Below are positions 9,492-19,563 of a stretch of DNA of 64,000 nucleotides, piece after piece. How positions within the stretch are numbered: position 1 is the stretch's first letter; the number at the start of each line of letters is the position of its first letter. The notes under the pieces are model-generated. The model was given only the letters and a program-made list of their open reading frames with translations. It did no database searches and had not been told where the DNA came from. The position numbers were made by a program, and so were the translations under genes. This stretch comes from Candidatus Bathyarchaeota archaeon (GTDB taxonomy: Archaea > Thermoproteota > Bathyarchaeia > Bathyarchaeales > Bathycorpusculaceae), in the NCBI GenBank assembly GCA_963826715.1, contig CAWGYA010000008.1, positions 736,001 through 800,000 of the forward strand, read 5' to 3'.

Positions 9492-10840
9492 GCAACAACT
9501 ATTTCGCTAAAATATTAGAAGAAGTCCCAAATTATAGTGGATTCTTGAAGGTAAATGAGATTGAGGCTCTTGAGGACAGTTTAAAACAGTATTCATCAGT
9601 TAAGCAGATAACAATTGGTAAGACAGCTGAAAACAAACCGCTCAAAATGTTTACTATGGGTAAGGGAGAGAAAACCGGACTGATAATTGGGGTACCTCAC
9701 AGTGATGAACCTTTAGGTAGCCTAGTAACGACTTATTTTATTGATTGGATGGCAAAGCATTCAGAAGCAAATTTTTTTGGCTGGAGATGGTTAATAATTC
9801 CTATGCTTGAGCAACGTGGGATGCGAATGAATGAAGGATGGTTCAGCAATATCTCCTCGCTTGTTGACACTGCAAAATCCTATTTCCGAGAACCAACCGA
9901 AAACCAGTATGAATGGACATTTCCTTTTGAATATAAAAACTATAAGTGGGTGCAGTCAAGACCTGAATCAAGTGCGATAAAAGAAGTCATTAAAAAGGAA
10001 AAACCAGACCTCTTATACACTCTGCATCATTGCGGTTATTATGATACATACTTTTACCTTAGCAGGTCGCTTCCAAAAGCTTATCCGAGATTGAGGAAGT
10101 TATCCTGTGATTTGGGGTTGGCTCTTTCCACTTCTAGTCCGGATGTTCCTTTCGGTAAAACCTTGGAGCCTGGTTTCTATCAAATGTATGGTTTAAAAGA
10201 TTACATTGATTACTATTCTAAGCACGAACCGGACAACCTCTTAACTATGAGGCGAGGTGCAAACAGTGACGAATGGTACCAGAATATAGTTGGCGGTTTT
10301 AGTTTCAATTGTGAAGTTCCGCTTTTTTGTTCATCAATGAAAACAGACTCAAAATCTTCTGATCGCAAACTAAAACAGTTACTTCAAAATAGCAGAAAAA
10401 AAACAGCAAACACCATTGAATATTGCATAAACTTGTTAAATACGTTGGAACCTTTTTTTAGCCTTTCTGATCCTGTACTTTTGGGTTCAGTGCTTAAAAA
10501 TGTGGCGAACGCCAAATTAGAATTAGAAAATACAGCCTTAGAGATAGACGAGGAAAAAGATCCCAACGCTACTAACTACGAGGTTTTCGAAAACGACTTA
10601 ATGGTTGATATTGCTGATTTGCTCCTGATAGGTCAGGTCTGGCGTGTAACAGAAAATATTCACCGCAATATCAATGATGGCAAAAATGACTATATGCTTG
10701 AGAGAATCGACCAAAAAATAAAGGGCCTTGCCAAAAAGATAGATAAACGAGGCGAATTCAAGCCAATTCCTATTCAAAAATTAGTTAAAATGCAGTTAGG
10801 TAGTCTTCTGATTATTGCTGATGTTCTATCAAGTATTTAA
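9488..10840 (+). CDS. M14 family zinc carboxypeptidase-like protein
   Basis: 'GVPHSDEPLG' (HxxE), 'TLHH' and a downstream 'CEVP'. TTG start overlaps the epimerase stop. Confidence 0.75.
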   Translation: MSNNYFAKILEEVPNYSGFLKVNEIEALEDSLKQYSSVKQITIGKTAENKPLKMFTMGKGEKTGLIIGVPHSDEPLGSLVTTYFIDWMAKHSEANFFGWRWLIIPMLEQRGMRMNEGWFSNISSLVDTAKSYFREPTENQYEWTFPFEYKNYKWVQSRPESSAIKEVIKKEKPDLLYTLHHCGYYDTYFYLSRSLPKAYPRLRKLSCDLGLALSTSSPDVPFGKTLEPGFYQMYGLKDYIDYYSKHEPDNLLTMRRGANSDEWYQNIVGGFSFNCEVPLFCSSMKTDSKSSDRKLKQLLQNSRKKTANTIEYCINLLNTLEPFFSLSDPVLLGSVLKNVANAKLELENTALEIDEEKDPNATNYEVFENDLMVDIADLLLIGQVWRVTENIHRNINDGKNDYMLERIDQKIKGLAKKIDKRGEFKPIPIQKLVKMQLGSLLIIADVLSSI

Positions 10841-11057
10841 TTCGATTGATGACTGTTCCAAAAACTCATTTGTTTGGTACATGTTCGATTAAGGAGTATA
10901 TATTTAGCGTGTATTTTTCAAAGAATTTAAAAAGCTTAGTTTTTTGATAAACTGAACTTTTGTAGCATTGTTTTTCTTAAAAGTATGGTAAAACAAGCCG
11001 TATTTCGATGTTAAATAATTTGATGTGTTAAAAAGTATAAAAAGAAAAAATTGAGGT

Positions 11058-12128
11058 TTATTGTACGTCTTTGAATATCCAGTTCATATCTGGACCTTTC
11101 CGTTTGTCTGGAACGCGGTCAGCCAATGCATGGCAGATGAGTGGCAATGCAATGGTTGCGTCGCAGTAGCACACTGCGCGGGTTCCGGTTTGGCTGTTGA
11201 TTTTGCCCCAGCTAATAGCTTCTTCCAACGTGCAGCCAGATAAGCCTCCCCATTGCGGAGAGTCAGTTGTGATTTGGATGGCGTATTTGTGCGGGTAATA
11301 GTACTCTTGTAGGCTTTTGCGTAGTCCGCCTTTTCTGCCCTGTACCCCTTTGTCTTCAGTCATTGGGCTGACGGATATGGCGATGAGTTGTGTGAGGTCT
11401 TTGGGGACGCCTCCACCGAGGTAGACCACCCCAACTTCTTTGGTTTTGGTTCCGATGCTCACGAACTGGTCAAATTCTTTGACGCTGTCTATATGGACCA
11501 TGTGTCCCTGATTTTTTGCCAAAAGGAAAGTTTCGCCGTAGGCGCTGTCCACCATGGCTGGGCTGAAAATTGGAACTTCATTAGCTGCGGCGACTGCAGA
11601 TATAGCTGGGATGTTTTTTTTGCCCAAGTACTTGCCTAGAAGGTAAAGAAACTCGGCTGAGGTGTAGTTATAGTCAGTTTTGCATGTCATGACAAAGTCA
11701 GTGACGAGTTCTTCCATTTTGCGGTAGTCGGTTTCTTTCCCGAATACGTCGTAGTAGCGGTTAACATCGGCGTTGAGTAGTTCCTCGTCGTTGACCATGT
11801 GGCTGCCTTGATAGTAACCAAGTCCCATAGCGTCCACAATATCCTCAGACACGTTGGCGCCTGTAGAGACGAGGACGTCGATAAAGCGGTTTTCCATAAG
11901 CCAATTGATTATGGTCCACTGCCCCGCCGTGGACATGGAGCCTGCGAACCCCATTGCAATGACTGTATCTTTCTCTTTAATCATGTTCTCCCAGACATCA
12001 ACGGCTTCTCCTAGTTTGCGTCCTTGATAGGCTGTTTTGCCCATTTCTTTGAGAAGTTGTGAAATATTTTTTTGTTTGGTAACCTTGATTGGCTCAAGTT
12101 TCTTTTGGAAATATAAATCTTCACTCAT
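11058..12128 (-). CDS. Second deoxyhypusine synthase-family protein (DHS-like, possible homospermidine synthase)
   Basis: 'STGANVSED', 'GGGVPKD', 'QITTDSPQWGGLSGCTLEEAISWGKI', 'CDATIALP'. Confidence 0.85.
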   Translation of the reverse strand: MSEDLYFQKKLEPIKVTKQKNISQLLKEMGKTAYQGRKLGEAVDVWENMIKEKDTVIAMGFAGSMSTAGQWTIINWLMENRFIDVLVSTGANVSEDIVDAMGLGYYQGSHMVNDEELLNADVNRYYDVFGKETDYRKMEELVTDFVMTCKTDYNYTSAEFLYLLGKYLGKKNIPAISAVAAANEVPIFSPAMVDSAYGETFLLAKNQGHMVHIDSVKEFDQFVSIGTKTKEVGVVYLGGGVPKDLTQLIAISVSPMTEDKGVQGRKGGLRKSLQEYYYPHKYAIQITTDSPQWGGLSGCTLEEAISWGKINSQTGTRAVCYCDATIALPLICHALADRVPDKRKGPDMNWIFKDVQ

Positions 12129-12344
12129 TGTTAATGTGCACCTGTCGTTTTATGTTATTAGGCTGGTATTTGAAATTTGTCATTGTCAAAAAACATCCAC
12201 TAATTACTGCTTTCTGTTAGTGCCTCTATAGGCTCTATGATGTGTTAGTCGATTGGATGTTTTCAACATCGTTTGCATGTTAAAACGCAAGTTTTTGTCT
12301 AAATAAAGAAGGGTATAAGTTGTAGATAAAAACAGAAATGTATT

Positions 12345-14303
12345 CTACATTTTTTCTGGCGCGACTACACCTATGAGATTTAGCGCGTTTTTCATAATGG
12401 TTTGGATGGCTCGGGTGAGCGCTAGACGTGCTTCGCATAACTGCTGTGAATCCGCTTTGAGTACGGGGTAGGCGTTGTAGAAGGTGTTGAATTTATCAGC
12501 TAATGCGTTGGCGTAGTCAGCTATCAGGTTGGGTTTCAAGTATTCGGTGGCTTCGATGAAAATGTCAGGGAACCCAGCTAGGTTCAGAATTAGTTCCTTT
12601 TCTAGCCGTTCCGATAGCAAACTGAACTCGGGGTCGTCGGGTTCTTTTGTCGCTTTTCGCAGTATGCTACAGGCGCGTGCATGAGTGTACTGTACGTATG
12701 GGGCGCTGTTGGTTTCAAAGTTAAGTACCCGTTCCCAAGTGAATACCACAGGCTTACCTGAATCAACATCCACCAATGCATAACGCACAGCGCCTAATCC
12801 GACGAAATCTGCAATTTTGCTTTTCTCTGCCTCAGAGAGCGTAGGTGAGCGCTTGGAAACTTCCTCGTATGCACGTCTCACTGCTTCATCTAGTACTTCG
12901 TCAAAGGTTATATAGTGTCCACGGCGACTGCTCATTTTGTAACCTGGTAACGTGACGAGGTTGTAGGCAAAATGCACTAGATTCTCTGCTTCTTTGCTAT
13001 AGCCCATGGCGTAGAGCGCCAATTTCAGCTGCAACTGCGCCAATGACTGCTCCATACCGATGACGTTGATTACTTTATTTGAATGCTTGAATTTCCAGAT
13101 GGTGTAGGCGATGTCGCGGGTGGTGTAGAGTGTTGTCCCATCGGCGCGTACCAGCGTAAGCGGCGGGACCTCATTGTTATCGCTTAAGCCCAATTTTTCT
13201 TTTAGGTCAAGAACTTGAGTCACCTGGTTAGCGTCAAATTGGAGGACCCCTTTTTCATTGAAAATAAATGGAGTTGTTTTTAAACGCGTCATAACCTCGT
13301 TAACCTGAGGTGTCCAGACAAAATCACTTTCCCAATCCCACGAGTCATATGTTACGCCAATACGCTTCATGGTCTGCCGGAAACCTTCTAAACAAAGATC
13401 GCTAACTTCACGTATAAGCTTCTTTGCTGCTGGGGCTCCGTCTTCGTAGGCGCGGTTGAGACGGTTGATTTCATCTTCTGGGTTTTGATCTTCGCTTATT
13501 TTTGTTAGTAGTTCTTCGAAGAGAATTGGATACTTTTCTTTGAGTTCCGCAGCGATTGCAACCCATTCATCAAGTTCCTTGTTTGCCTTGGCTAAGTCAT
13601 CGGAGTTTTGGGCTGTAGCTGTTTGTTCTCTGATTCTTTTGAGGCGGTTAATTTCAACGATGCATGAAGTGACAGTGTAGATTTTGCCTACAAACAAGTC
13701 AGCTTTTTCGGTGGGTTGAGGTCTGCCTAATTTGGCATAACCATATGCTACTACGCTAGATTGACGTCCCACGTCGTCAATGTAGTAGTGCCGAGAAACA
13801 TCATGCCCCCTATTCTGTAGGATGCGTGCCAGGGCGTCTCCGAGCATTGGGTTTCGGGCTTGACCAATGTGAATAGGATGCAATGGGTTAACGCTAGTGT
13901 GCTCAACAATGATTTTTTGTGGCTCAGTAGTCTTCACAAAGCCGTATTCATCTTTTAGATGCTTGATGGATTTTAGGGTAAGTGCGCCGAATTTGGCGAA
14001 GTTAAGATGGAAATTTATGTATCCTGCACCTGCGGCTTCGACTTTTTCTATGAGGTCAAAATCTGATTGATCAATATTGGCGACCATATCCTGTGCAAGA
14101 GCAAGAGGTTTCTTGGTGAGTTTTTTTGCCAGTTCAAAACATAGGGAAGTCGCAAGTTGCCCATAGTCAATATTGGGTGTTTTTTTGAGGGTGATTTTAA
14201 GCTGTTTGATTTCAGGTAGGGTCTTTTGTATGGCGTTTGCTAGTAGGTTTTGGCATTCTTGGCGAAAGAGTTCAAAGGGGTTTTGGGCAATCATTATTTC
14301 CAA
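12345..14303 (-). CDS. argS: Arginine--tRNA ligase
   Basis: 'EHTSVNPLHPIHIGQARN', 'RADGTTLYTTRDIAY', 'KMSSRRG', 'PYVQYTHARACSILRK', C-terminal 'EKM'. Confidence 0.95.
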   Translation of the reverse strand: MEIMIAQNPFELFRQECQNLLANAIQKTLPEIKQLKITLKKTPNIDYGQLATSLCFELAKKLTKKPLALAQDMVANIDQSDFDLIEKVEAAGAGYINFHLNFAKFGALTLKSIKHLKDEYGFVKTTEPQKIIVEHTSVNPLHPIHIGQARNPMLGDALARILQNRGHDVSRHYYIDDVGRQSSVVAYGYAKLGRPQPTEKADLFVGKIYTVTSCIVEINRLKRIREQTATAQNSDDLAKANKELDEWVAIAAELKEKYPILFEELLTKISEDQNPEDEINRLNRAYEDGAPAAKKLIREVSDLCLEGFRQTMKRIGVTYDSWDWESDFVWTPQVNEVMTRLKTTPFIFNEKGVLQFDANQVTQVLDLKEKLGLSDNNEVPPLTLVRADGTTLYTTRDIAYTIWKFKHSNKVINVIGMEQSLAQLQLKLALYAMGYSKEAENLVHFAYNLVTLPGYKMSSRRGHYITFDEVLDEAVRRAYEEVSKRSPTLSEAEKSKIADFVGLGAVRYALVDVDSGKPVVFTWERVLNFETNSAPYVQYTHARACSILRKATKEPDDPEFSLLSERLEKELILNLAGFPDIFIEATEYLKPNLIADYANALADKFNTFYNAYPVLKADSQQLCEARLALTRAIQTIMKNALNLIGVVAPEKM

Positions 14304-14361
14304 CCTTATTTGGGCAGTTAGACACTGTTAAACGTTATATTTTAAATGGGATGCTACATTT

Positions 14362-15234
14362 ATGTGTCTGTTGGATGCAATCTCGATGAAGACAAAGATA
14401 GTCTATTCTGAGAAGTGTTTAGGCTATGGAACGTGGCATATTGAGGGTCCGCAACGAGTAAAAATTGCTCATGATGTCTTAAAAGAAAAAGGCTACGAAT
14501 TCGTGGACCCCATAGCTGCAACTGAAGACGAAATCCTATCAGTTCATGATATGGAATATATCTGGAACCTGAAAAAGGGGCTTGTGGAAGACTCTGACAC
14601 ACCAGCTTATGATAATATCTTTGAAGTTGCCAGGTTATCAGTCGGCGGCGCTTTAATGGCGAGTAGGATCAACGGTTTCTCTATAACACGTCCACCAGGA
14701 CACCATGTAGGCAAATATGGTAGTGCCTTGGGTTCTTACACTCGGGGATTCTGCTACCTAAATAACATAGCTATAGCCGTCAAGCAACTGGGGAAAAAGA
14801 CTCTGATTTTAGATATTGATGGACACCATGGCAATGGTACGCAGGAAGTTTTTCTCGGCAAATCAAATGTAACGTATGTTTCGTTGCATCAATCCCCCAA
14901 TTACCCTGGTACAGGAAGCTTTTCTGAGAAAAACTGTATTAACTATGCCCTACCGCCGGATGTAGGGGGCAAAGTTTACTTGGAAACCTTATCTAAGGCT
15001 CTGGGGTTGGTTGATTTACGTAACTTTGAGGTTTTGGCAGTTTCTACGGGATTTGACACTCACAGTGGTGACTTAGCGACTCTGGGGTTGGTTGGACAAG
15101 ATTTCTTTGATATCGGCAAAAAAATTGCTTTGCTTGGGTTACCTGCTTTTTTTGTTTTGGAAGGCGGCTACAATGGACAAAATGTTGGGTTAGATATTGA
15201 TTTGTTGTTGAGGGGCTTTGAAGAAAACTTATAA
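14362..15234 (+). CDS. Histone deacetylase / acetylpolyamine amidohydrolase family protein
   Basis: 'RPPGHH', 'GFCYLNN', 'DIDGHHGNGTQ', 'GFDTH', 'LEGGY'. Confidence 0.9.
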   Translation: MCLLDAISMKTKIVYSEKCLGYGTWHIEGPQRVKIAHDVLKEKGYEFVDPIAATEDEILSVHDMEYIWNLKKGLVEDSDTPAYDNIFEVARLSVGGALMASRINGFSITRPPGHHVGKYGSALGSYTRGFCYLNNIAIAVKQLGKKTLILDIDGHHGNGTQEVFLGKSNVTYVSLHQSPNYPGTGSFSEKNCINYALPPDVGGKVYLETLSKALGLVDLRNFEVLAVSTGFDTHSGDLATLGLVGQDFFDIGKKIALLGLPAFFVLEGGYNGQNVGLDIDLLLRGFEENL

Positions 15235-15257
15235 AACTATAGAAAAGTGAGAAGATT

Positions 15258-15881
15258 TTACTCTTCTTTTTGTTCTCTTTTCGCCATTGCCTTCTGGTTA
15301 AGGGCTTCAAGTTTTTCTGAGATTTTCTCTGATCGCTTCTCTGCGTTTGCAAGTAGGGGCTTCCAGTCTTTGCTTTTGACTGTTTGGCTGAGTTTCTCGC
15401 TCTGCAGAGGCAGCTTCTCTAGGGCATCGTTGAAGCGTTTTTCTGCTTCCTCGTCTGATGTCACCAGTTCTAAGGCTTCTTCTGGGCAGGATTCAATACA
15501 CTTGGGTTCGCCTTCGCAAAGGTTACATGCGATGGCTTTGCCTGTTTCTGCATGAAGCGTGATCCCCCCGTGTGGGCAAGCTTGAATACACCAATCGCAG
15601 CCTTTGCATTTCTTCTCATCGATAATAAGAAGGCTGTTAACTGCTGATTGGGTGATGGCTCCTTCAGGACATGCTTTAACGCAGCGTGCGTCAACGCATC
15701 CTCGACACGTCAGTGCAAAATTGAAGACAGGTGCCATGCGAACAACTCGGATTCTGCTACGAATAGGGTTCCAGATACCTTCGCCTTTTTCTACTGTGCA
15801 GGCGTACTCGCAGATGCCACAGCCGATGCATTTGCTGGGGTCAACTGAAACAAATTTTCTGGGAGGATTTTTAGCCGACAT
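15258..15881 (-). CDS. 4Fe-4S dicluster (DmsB/HydN-like) ferredoxin with charged C-terminal tail
   Basis: 'CIGCGICEYAC', 'CRGCVDARCVKACP', 'CKGCDWCIQACP', 'CNLCEGEPKCIESCP'. Confidence 0.9.
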   Translation of the reverse strand: MSAKNPPRKFVSVDPSKCIGCGICEYACTVEKGEGIWNPIRSRIRVVRMAPVFNFALTCRGCVDARCVKACPEGAITQSAVNSLLIIDEKKCKGCDWCIQACPHGGITLHAETGKAIACNLCEGEPKCIESCPEEALELVTSDEEAEKRFNDALEKLPLQSEKLSQTVKSKDWKPLLANAEKRSEKISEKLEALNQKAMAKREQKEE

Positions 15882-16008
15882 TGTAACCAAACCTTTGGTG
15901 TAAAGTAACACTGTGCAACATTTGCTTTTATGCGTTACTTAAAAAAAGGAATGTTTTGATGGAAAATCCATAGATGAACAAGGGAAATTGGTATTTGAGA
16001 GCTGTTTA

Positions 16009-16212
16009 TTATTTTTGTTTATAGTCTGGAGATACTTGGGAGTGGAGTTTGCCTCCGCTTGCCCAGTTCTCCTTTGGAATTTCTACAATCATTATGGTGG
16101 TGGCTTGGTTTGGGATCCCCATGTCGGTGAAGACTTGGGTTATTCCTTCGACAATTTTTTGTTTATTTTGGGGCGTCATGCCTGCCCAGACATTAACCTG
16201 CACAAAAGGCAC
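16009..16212 (-). CDS. 4-oxalocrotonate tautomerase family protein
   Basis: A GTG start at 16212 gives the N-terminal catalytic Pro: 'PFVQVNVWAG..QKIVEGIT..EIPKENWASGG'. Confidence 0.85.
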   Translation of the reverse strand: MPFVQVNVWAGMTPQNKQKIVEGITQVFTDMGIPNQATTIMIVEIPKENWASGGKLHSQVSPDYKQK

Positions 16213-16270
16213 ATAAATCACCAATAATGTCAAAGGTGGCAAGACAGATTAATTTTTCTAGTTCTATGCT

Positions 16271-16819
16271 TTAGCTTAGAGGTGGAGGATGCTGTTCTGG
16301 CGACTGCTTGCCGAAGTATTCATCGGTTATTTGTTTTAGGTGCTCTCTTTGGCTTTTCCGTTTTCTGCGACATCGGTAGTCGATGCCAAACATAAGTACG
16401 TATGGTATCGACAGGTAGAAGGTGGCAAAGATTAGGTTGGTGAACAGTTGAGTATATGGATTAGAGAGGAGGATTGCGGAGTTAGATAGGTCAAAACCAT
16501 ATGATGAATAAAAAAAGTCAATCAGCACGAACCCAGTCAACGTCAAAGATAGGCATACAATGAATTGTACAAATACACTGCGCTCTTTACCCAGAATCAA
16601 GCCAGGTATGATTGAGGATAAAACAAATACCCACGCAAACGCATAGACGAAAATAACTGTATCGATATGGGAATTAAGCCATAGCCCCAAAAGAGGTGTA
16701 TAGGTAACAAGGGAACCTACAACGGTTTCAACGGCTGTTTTCGTGAAGATTTGATAGCTAACCAATAAAGCCCAAGCTACCGATAGATACGCGGGAGTTA
16801 TCAAAGCAGTTTTGACCAC
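16271..16819 (-). CDS. Multi-pass membrane protein of unknown function
   Basis: About four hydrophobic segments and a basic tail. AGGAGTG RBS precedes the GTG at 16819. Confidence 0.65.
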   Translation of the reverse strand: MVKTALITPAYLSVAWALLVSYQIFTKTAVETVVGSLVTYTPLLGLWLNSHIDTVIFVYAFAWVFVLSSIIPGLILGKERSVFVQFIVCLSLTLTGFVLIDFFYSSYGFDLSNSAILLSNPYTQLFTNLIFATFYLSIPYVLMFGIDYRCRRKRKSQREHLKQITDEYFGKQSPEQHPPPLS

Positions 16820-17227
16820 GTAAGACACTCCTAAATTGATATGTTTATAGGGCAACGCCAATTATTAACTTATCTCTTAAGATATGGTAAACTGTCTCTG
16901 ATTATAGGTTTTGGCGAGAGTTATCCGCATTATAGTTTTCACATCTTCAAAACGGTTTCGTCAAGAACAAATGGCGACCGGAAAAATTATGGTATACAAG
17001 CACAGTTCAATCCCCAAGTCGCCTCACCTATGGCTAAACAACTTAAACCTTAGGCAACAACATAATATCTATCTACCACAAAAATCAACAACCCCGAAGA
17101 CTCTTCACTACATGAAAACTTAAGGTTGGCGTCAATACACTATATACATGTTAATCATTCTGATTGGCTGAATCAAAATGTCATCTTAACTAAAATGCGA
17201 AAAAGGAAACTTTGTTGGCATAACGGT

Positions 17228-17596
17228 TTAGGCGAATTTACTTGACTCTTCTTCTGCAATTTCCATGGCCTCTCGAATCAATTCGACTTCACGTACCGTT
17301 AATGGCTTATTTGTGGCCTTCAAAACCACTCGCTCCTGCCAACCACAATCAGGGCACTCGTAACTAGGCGGCAATATTCCCAAGTGTGACCACATATCCC
17401 CACTTTGACTCTTCGCTCTCCTGACTTTAGGGCTTTTGCATTTGGGGCAAACTTGAATTTCGAGGTGTTCACCCTGCTTTTCCAATGCTTCTGTGACTTT
17501 AATAGCATTCTGGATCGCTGTATCTTCCAGTGCAGGTTCGAGAACAAAGCATTTTGGTTTTCGCCGTTTTTTCTTTTGTACTTGTGTTTCAGGCAT
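17228..17596 (-). CDS. Zinc-ribbon protein
   Basis: 'CPKCKSPKV...YECPDCGW'. GAGGGG RBS upstream. Confidence 0.7.
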   Translation of the reverse strand: MPETQVQKKKRRKPKCFVLEPALEDTAIQNAIKVTEALEKQGEHLEIQVCPKCKSPKVRRAKSQSGDMWSHLGILPPSYECPDCGWQERVVLKATNKPLTVREVELIREAMEIAEEESSKFA

Positions 17597-17670
17597 TTCC
17601 CCTCAAACCATAGGAAATTAATGCTTGCTTTAAGAAAAGTTTTCTGGTTATTTCAAGAATACCTGTGAAT

Positions 17671-17758
17671 TGGTGCGGAGGGTGGGATTTGAACCCACGA
17701 ACCCCTGCGGGATAGGAGCCTCAGTCCTACGCCTTTGGCCATGCTGGGCGACCTCCGC
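17671..17758 (-). tRNA. tRNA-Leu(GAG), CCA encoded, no intron
   Basis: Reverse complement: GCGGAGG...TAGGA-CTGAGGC-TCCTA, long variable arm, GTGGG-TTCAAAT-CCCAC, CCTCCGC-A-CCA. Confidence 0.95.
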
Positions 17759-17861
17759 GAAACTGCATCAAATTGAGGCTTTGCGGAGATATAGAAACAT
17801 ATAGCCCATTTAAAGGCTTTACCGTGAAAACTGTACCGGAATTACCAAAACAAATCTCAAA

Positions 17862-18476
17862 TTAGGGTCTGCTGAGCAGAAAATAGCCGAATTCTGCAAA
17901 GAAATTGGGCAAAAACTTCACTGCACGATTACTTGATCTGAAAAATTCTTGTTCGATGGTTATGCATTTTTTTTGGCAATAATCCCGAAAGTCAGCTAAA
18001 CTGAGAAAATGTAGGTTCGGCGTGTTATACCACTCAAACGGTAAAGACTCTGTTACAGGTACCCTTCCTTTAAAGAAGATGCATGCTCGGGCAACATAGT
18101 GTGCAAAATTGGGAATACTAACGATCGCTTTTTTACCCACTCGCAGAGCCTCTGATAATGCAAAATCGGGCTTTTTAACTTGCTGAATTGTTTGATTTAA
18201 TATAACATAGTCAAATGTATTGTCAGAGTATTCTGAGAGGCCTGTGTCAATATCTTGCTGAAAAACGCTCAAGCCCTCGGTGACGCATCGGTGTATGGCT
18301 TGCTCATCTATTTCAATTCCTTGTGCATGTACCTTCCGCTCACGAGTTAGATACGCCAAAAGTTCGCCGTCGCCGCATCCTAAATCAAGCACTGAGGCAC
18401 CTTGAGTAATCCACTTGGCGAAAATTTGAAACTCAAAAATGTTCGGCACGTTATTTTTGCCCCTTTTCACTGCCAT
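17862..18476 (-). CDS. metW: Methionine biosynthesis protein MetW
   Basis: '[13 protein letters not shown]', '[11 protein letters not shown]', 'SIPNFAH', '[12 protein letters not shown]'. Directly downstream of metX. Confidence 0.9.
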   Translation of the reverse strand: MAVKRGKNNVPNIFEFQIFAKWITQGASVLDLGCGDGELLAYLTRERKVHAQGIEIDEQAIHRCVTEGLSVFQQDIDTGLSEYSDNTFDYVILNQTIQQVKKPDFALSEALRVGKKAIVSIPNFAHYVARACIFFKGRVPVTESLPFEWYNTPNLHFLSLADFRDYCQKKCITIEQEFFRSSNRAVKFLPNFFAEFGYFLLSRP

Positions 18477-19563
18477 TGTAGACGCCTTTGAGAAAACCTC
18501 TGATTAGATGCCCTTCCTGCTCTGTTTCTAACAGAAAAGAGTCGTGTCCGTATTTGGAGGTTATTTCACAGTAGCTTGCATCTACGTTAGCAAGCTTGCA
18601 GGCTTTTACGATTTCTTGCGATTGTGTCACAGGGTAGAGCCAATCCGACTTGAATGCAATCACCAGTACTTTTGCCTCCAAGTCACGGAAGATGTTTCCC
18701 AGGCTGTGGCCGTTTAAGAGGTTAAAGTAATCTATGGCTTTGGTTAGGTAGAGGTAGCTGTTAGCATCAAAGCGTCGAACAAAGCTATCCCCTTTGTTAT
18801 GCAAATAACCTTCCACTTCAAAGGCTGCACCAAACTTGAACGGCGTTTTATCTGCGCGGAATCTTCGCCCGAACTTTTCCCCCATAGAAATATCACTCAT
18901 GTAGGTTATGTGTCCAATCATCCGTGCTATCGCTAAGCCCTTGGCAGGTATTGTTTTGCCGTAATAGTTGCCGTTTAGCCAATCGGGATCTGCAATGATT
19001 GCTTGGCGCCCAACCTCGTTGAAGGCAATTTGTTGTGGCGTATGCTTGAGAGTAGTTGCGATTGGTATTGCTGATCTGATACGTTTGGGGTAGGCTCTCA
19101 TCCACTGGAGTGCTTGCATTCCACCCATTGACCCCCCGACGACAGCTAAAAGCTCCTCGATGCCTAAATAGTCGATTAGATATCGCTGAGTGTTAACCAT
19201 GTCACCGACCGTAACTATAGGAAAATCGACGCCGTAAGCCTCACCTGTTTTGGGGCTAATTGACGATGGTCCCGTGGAGCCACGACAGCCGCCTAAGACG
19301 TTGCTACAGATTACATAGTACTTGCTTGTATCTACGGCTTTGCCCTCACCAACCAGGTTGTTCCACCAACCCCCTTCATCACTTACATGGGAGTCGCCGC
19401 TGAGCGCATGCAAAATAAGGATTGCGTTGGATTTGTCCGAGTTGAGGGTGCCGTAGGTTTCATACGCAAGCGTAATAGGACCTATTTTTTCCCCTGATTC
19501 AAGCGTAAATTCGCTTGGTGTTGCCGCAAAAGTGAATGTTTTGGTTTGCTCGGTAGGGTTTAG
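18451..19563 (-). CDS. metX: Homoserine O-acetyltransferase, start apparently non-canonical
   Basis: 'HALSGDSH', '[10 protein letters not shown]', 'RFDANSY', 'GHDSFL'. The conserved N-terminus '[32 protein letters not shown]' lies in frame upstream of the ORF-track start at 19413. Confidence 0.9.
   Translation of the reverse strand, partial: LNPTEQTKTFTFAATPSEFTLESGEKIGPITLAYETYGTLNSDKSNAILILHALSGDSHVSDEGGWWNNLVGEGKAVDTSKYYVICSNVLGGCRGSTGPSSISPKTGEAYGVDFPIVTVGDMVNTQRYLIDYLGIEELLAVVGGSMGGMQALQWMRAYPKRIRSAIPIATTLKHTPQQIAFNEVGRQAIIADPDWLNGNYYGKTIPAKGLAIARMIGHITYMSDISMGEKFGRRFRADKTPFKFGAAFEVEGYLHNKGDSFVRRFDANSYLYLTKAIDYFNLLNGHSLGNIFRDLEAKVLVIAFKSDWLYPVTQSQEIVKACKLANVDASYCEITSKYGHDSFLLETEQEGHLIRGFLKGVYNGSEKGQK

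Noticed and set aside
16841-17123. Two overlapping 70-aa plus-strand ORFs
   Set aside because: No motif or clear RBS, and the two overlap each other. Probably spurious.
17671-17700. tRNA 3' end as a possible integration (att) site
   Set aside because: I saw no second copy of the tRNA 3' end and no integrase in the window.
17753-17788. The tRNA-Leu upstream region contains CTCCGCA, a copy of the acceptor 3' strand that could pair with the tRNA 5' end
   Set aside because: Only a 7-nt match, near the expected transcription start. It is compatible with chance.
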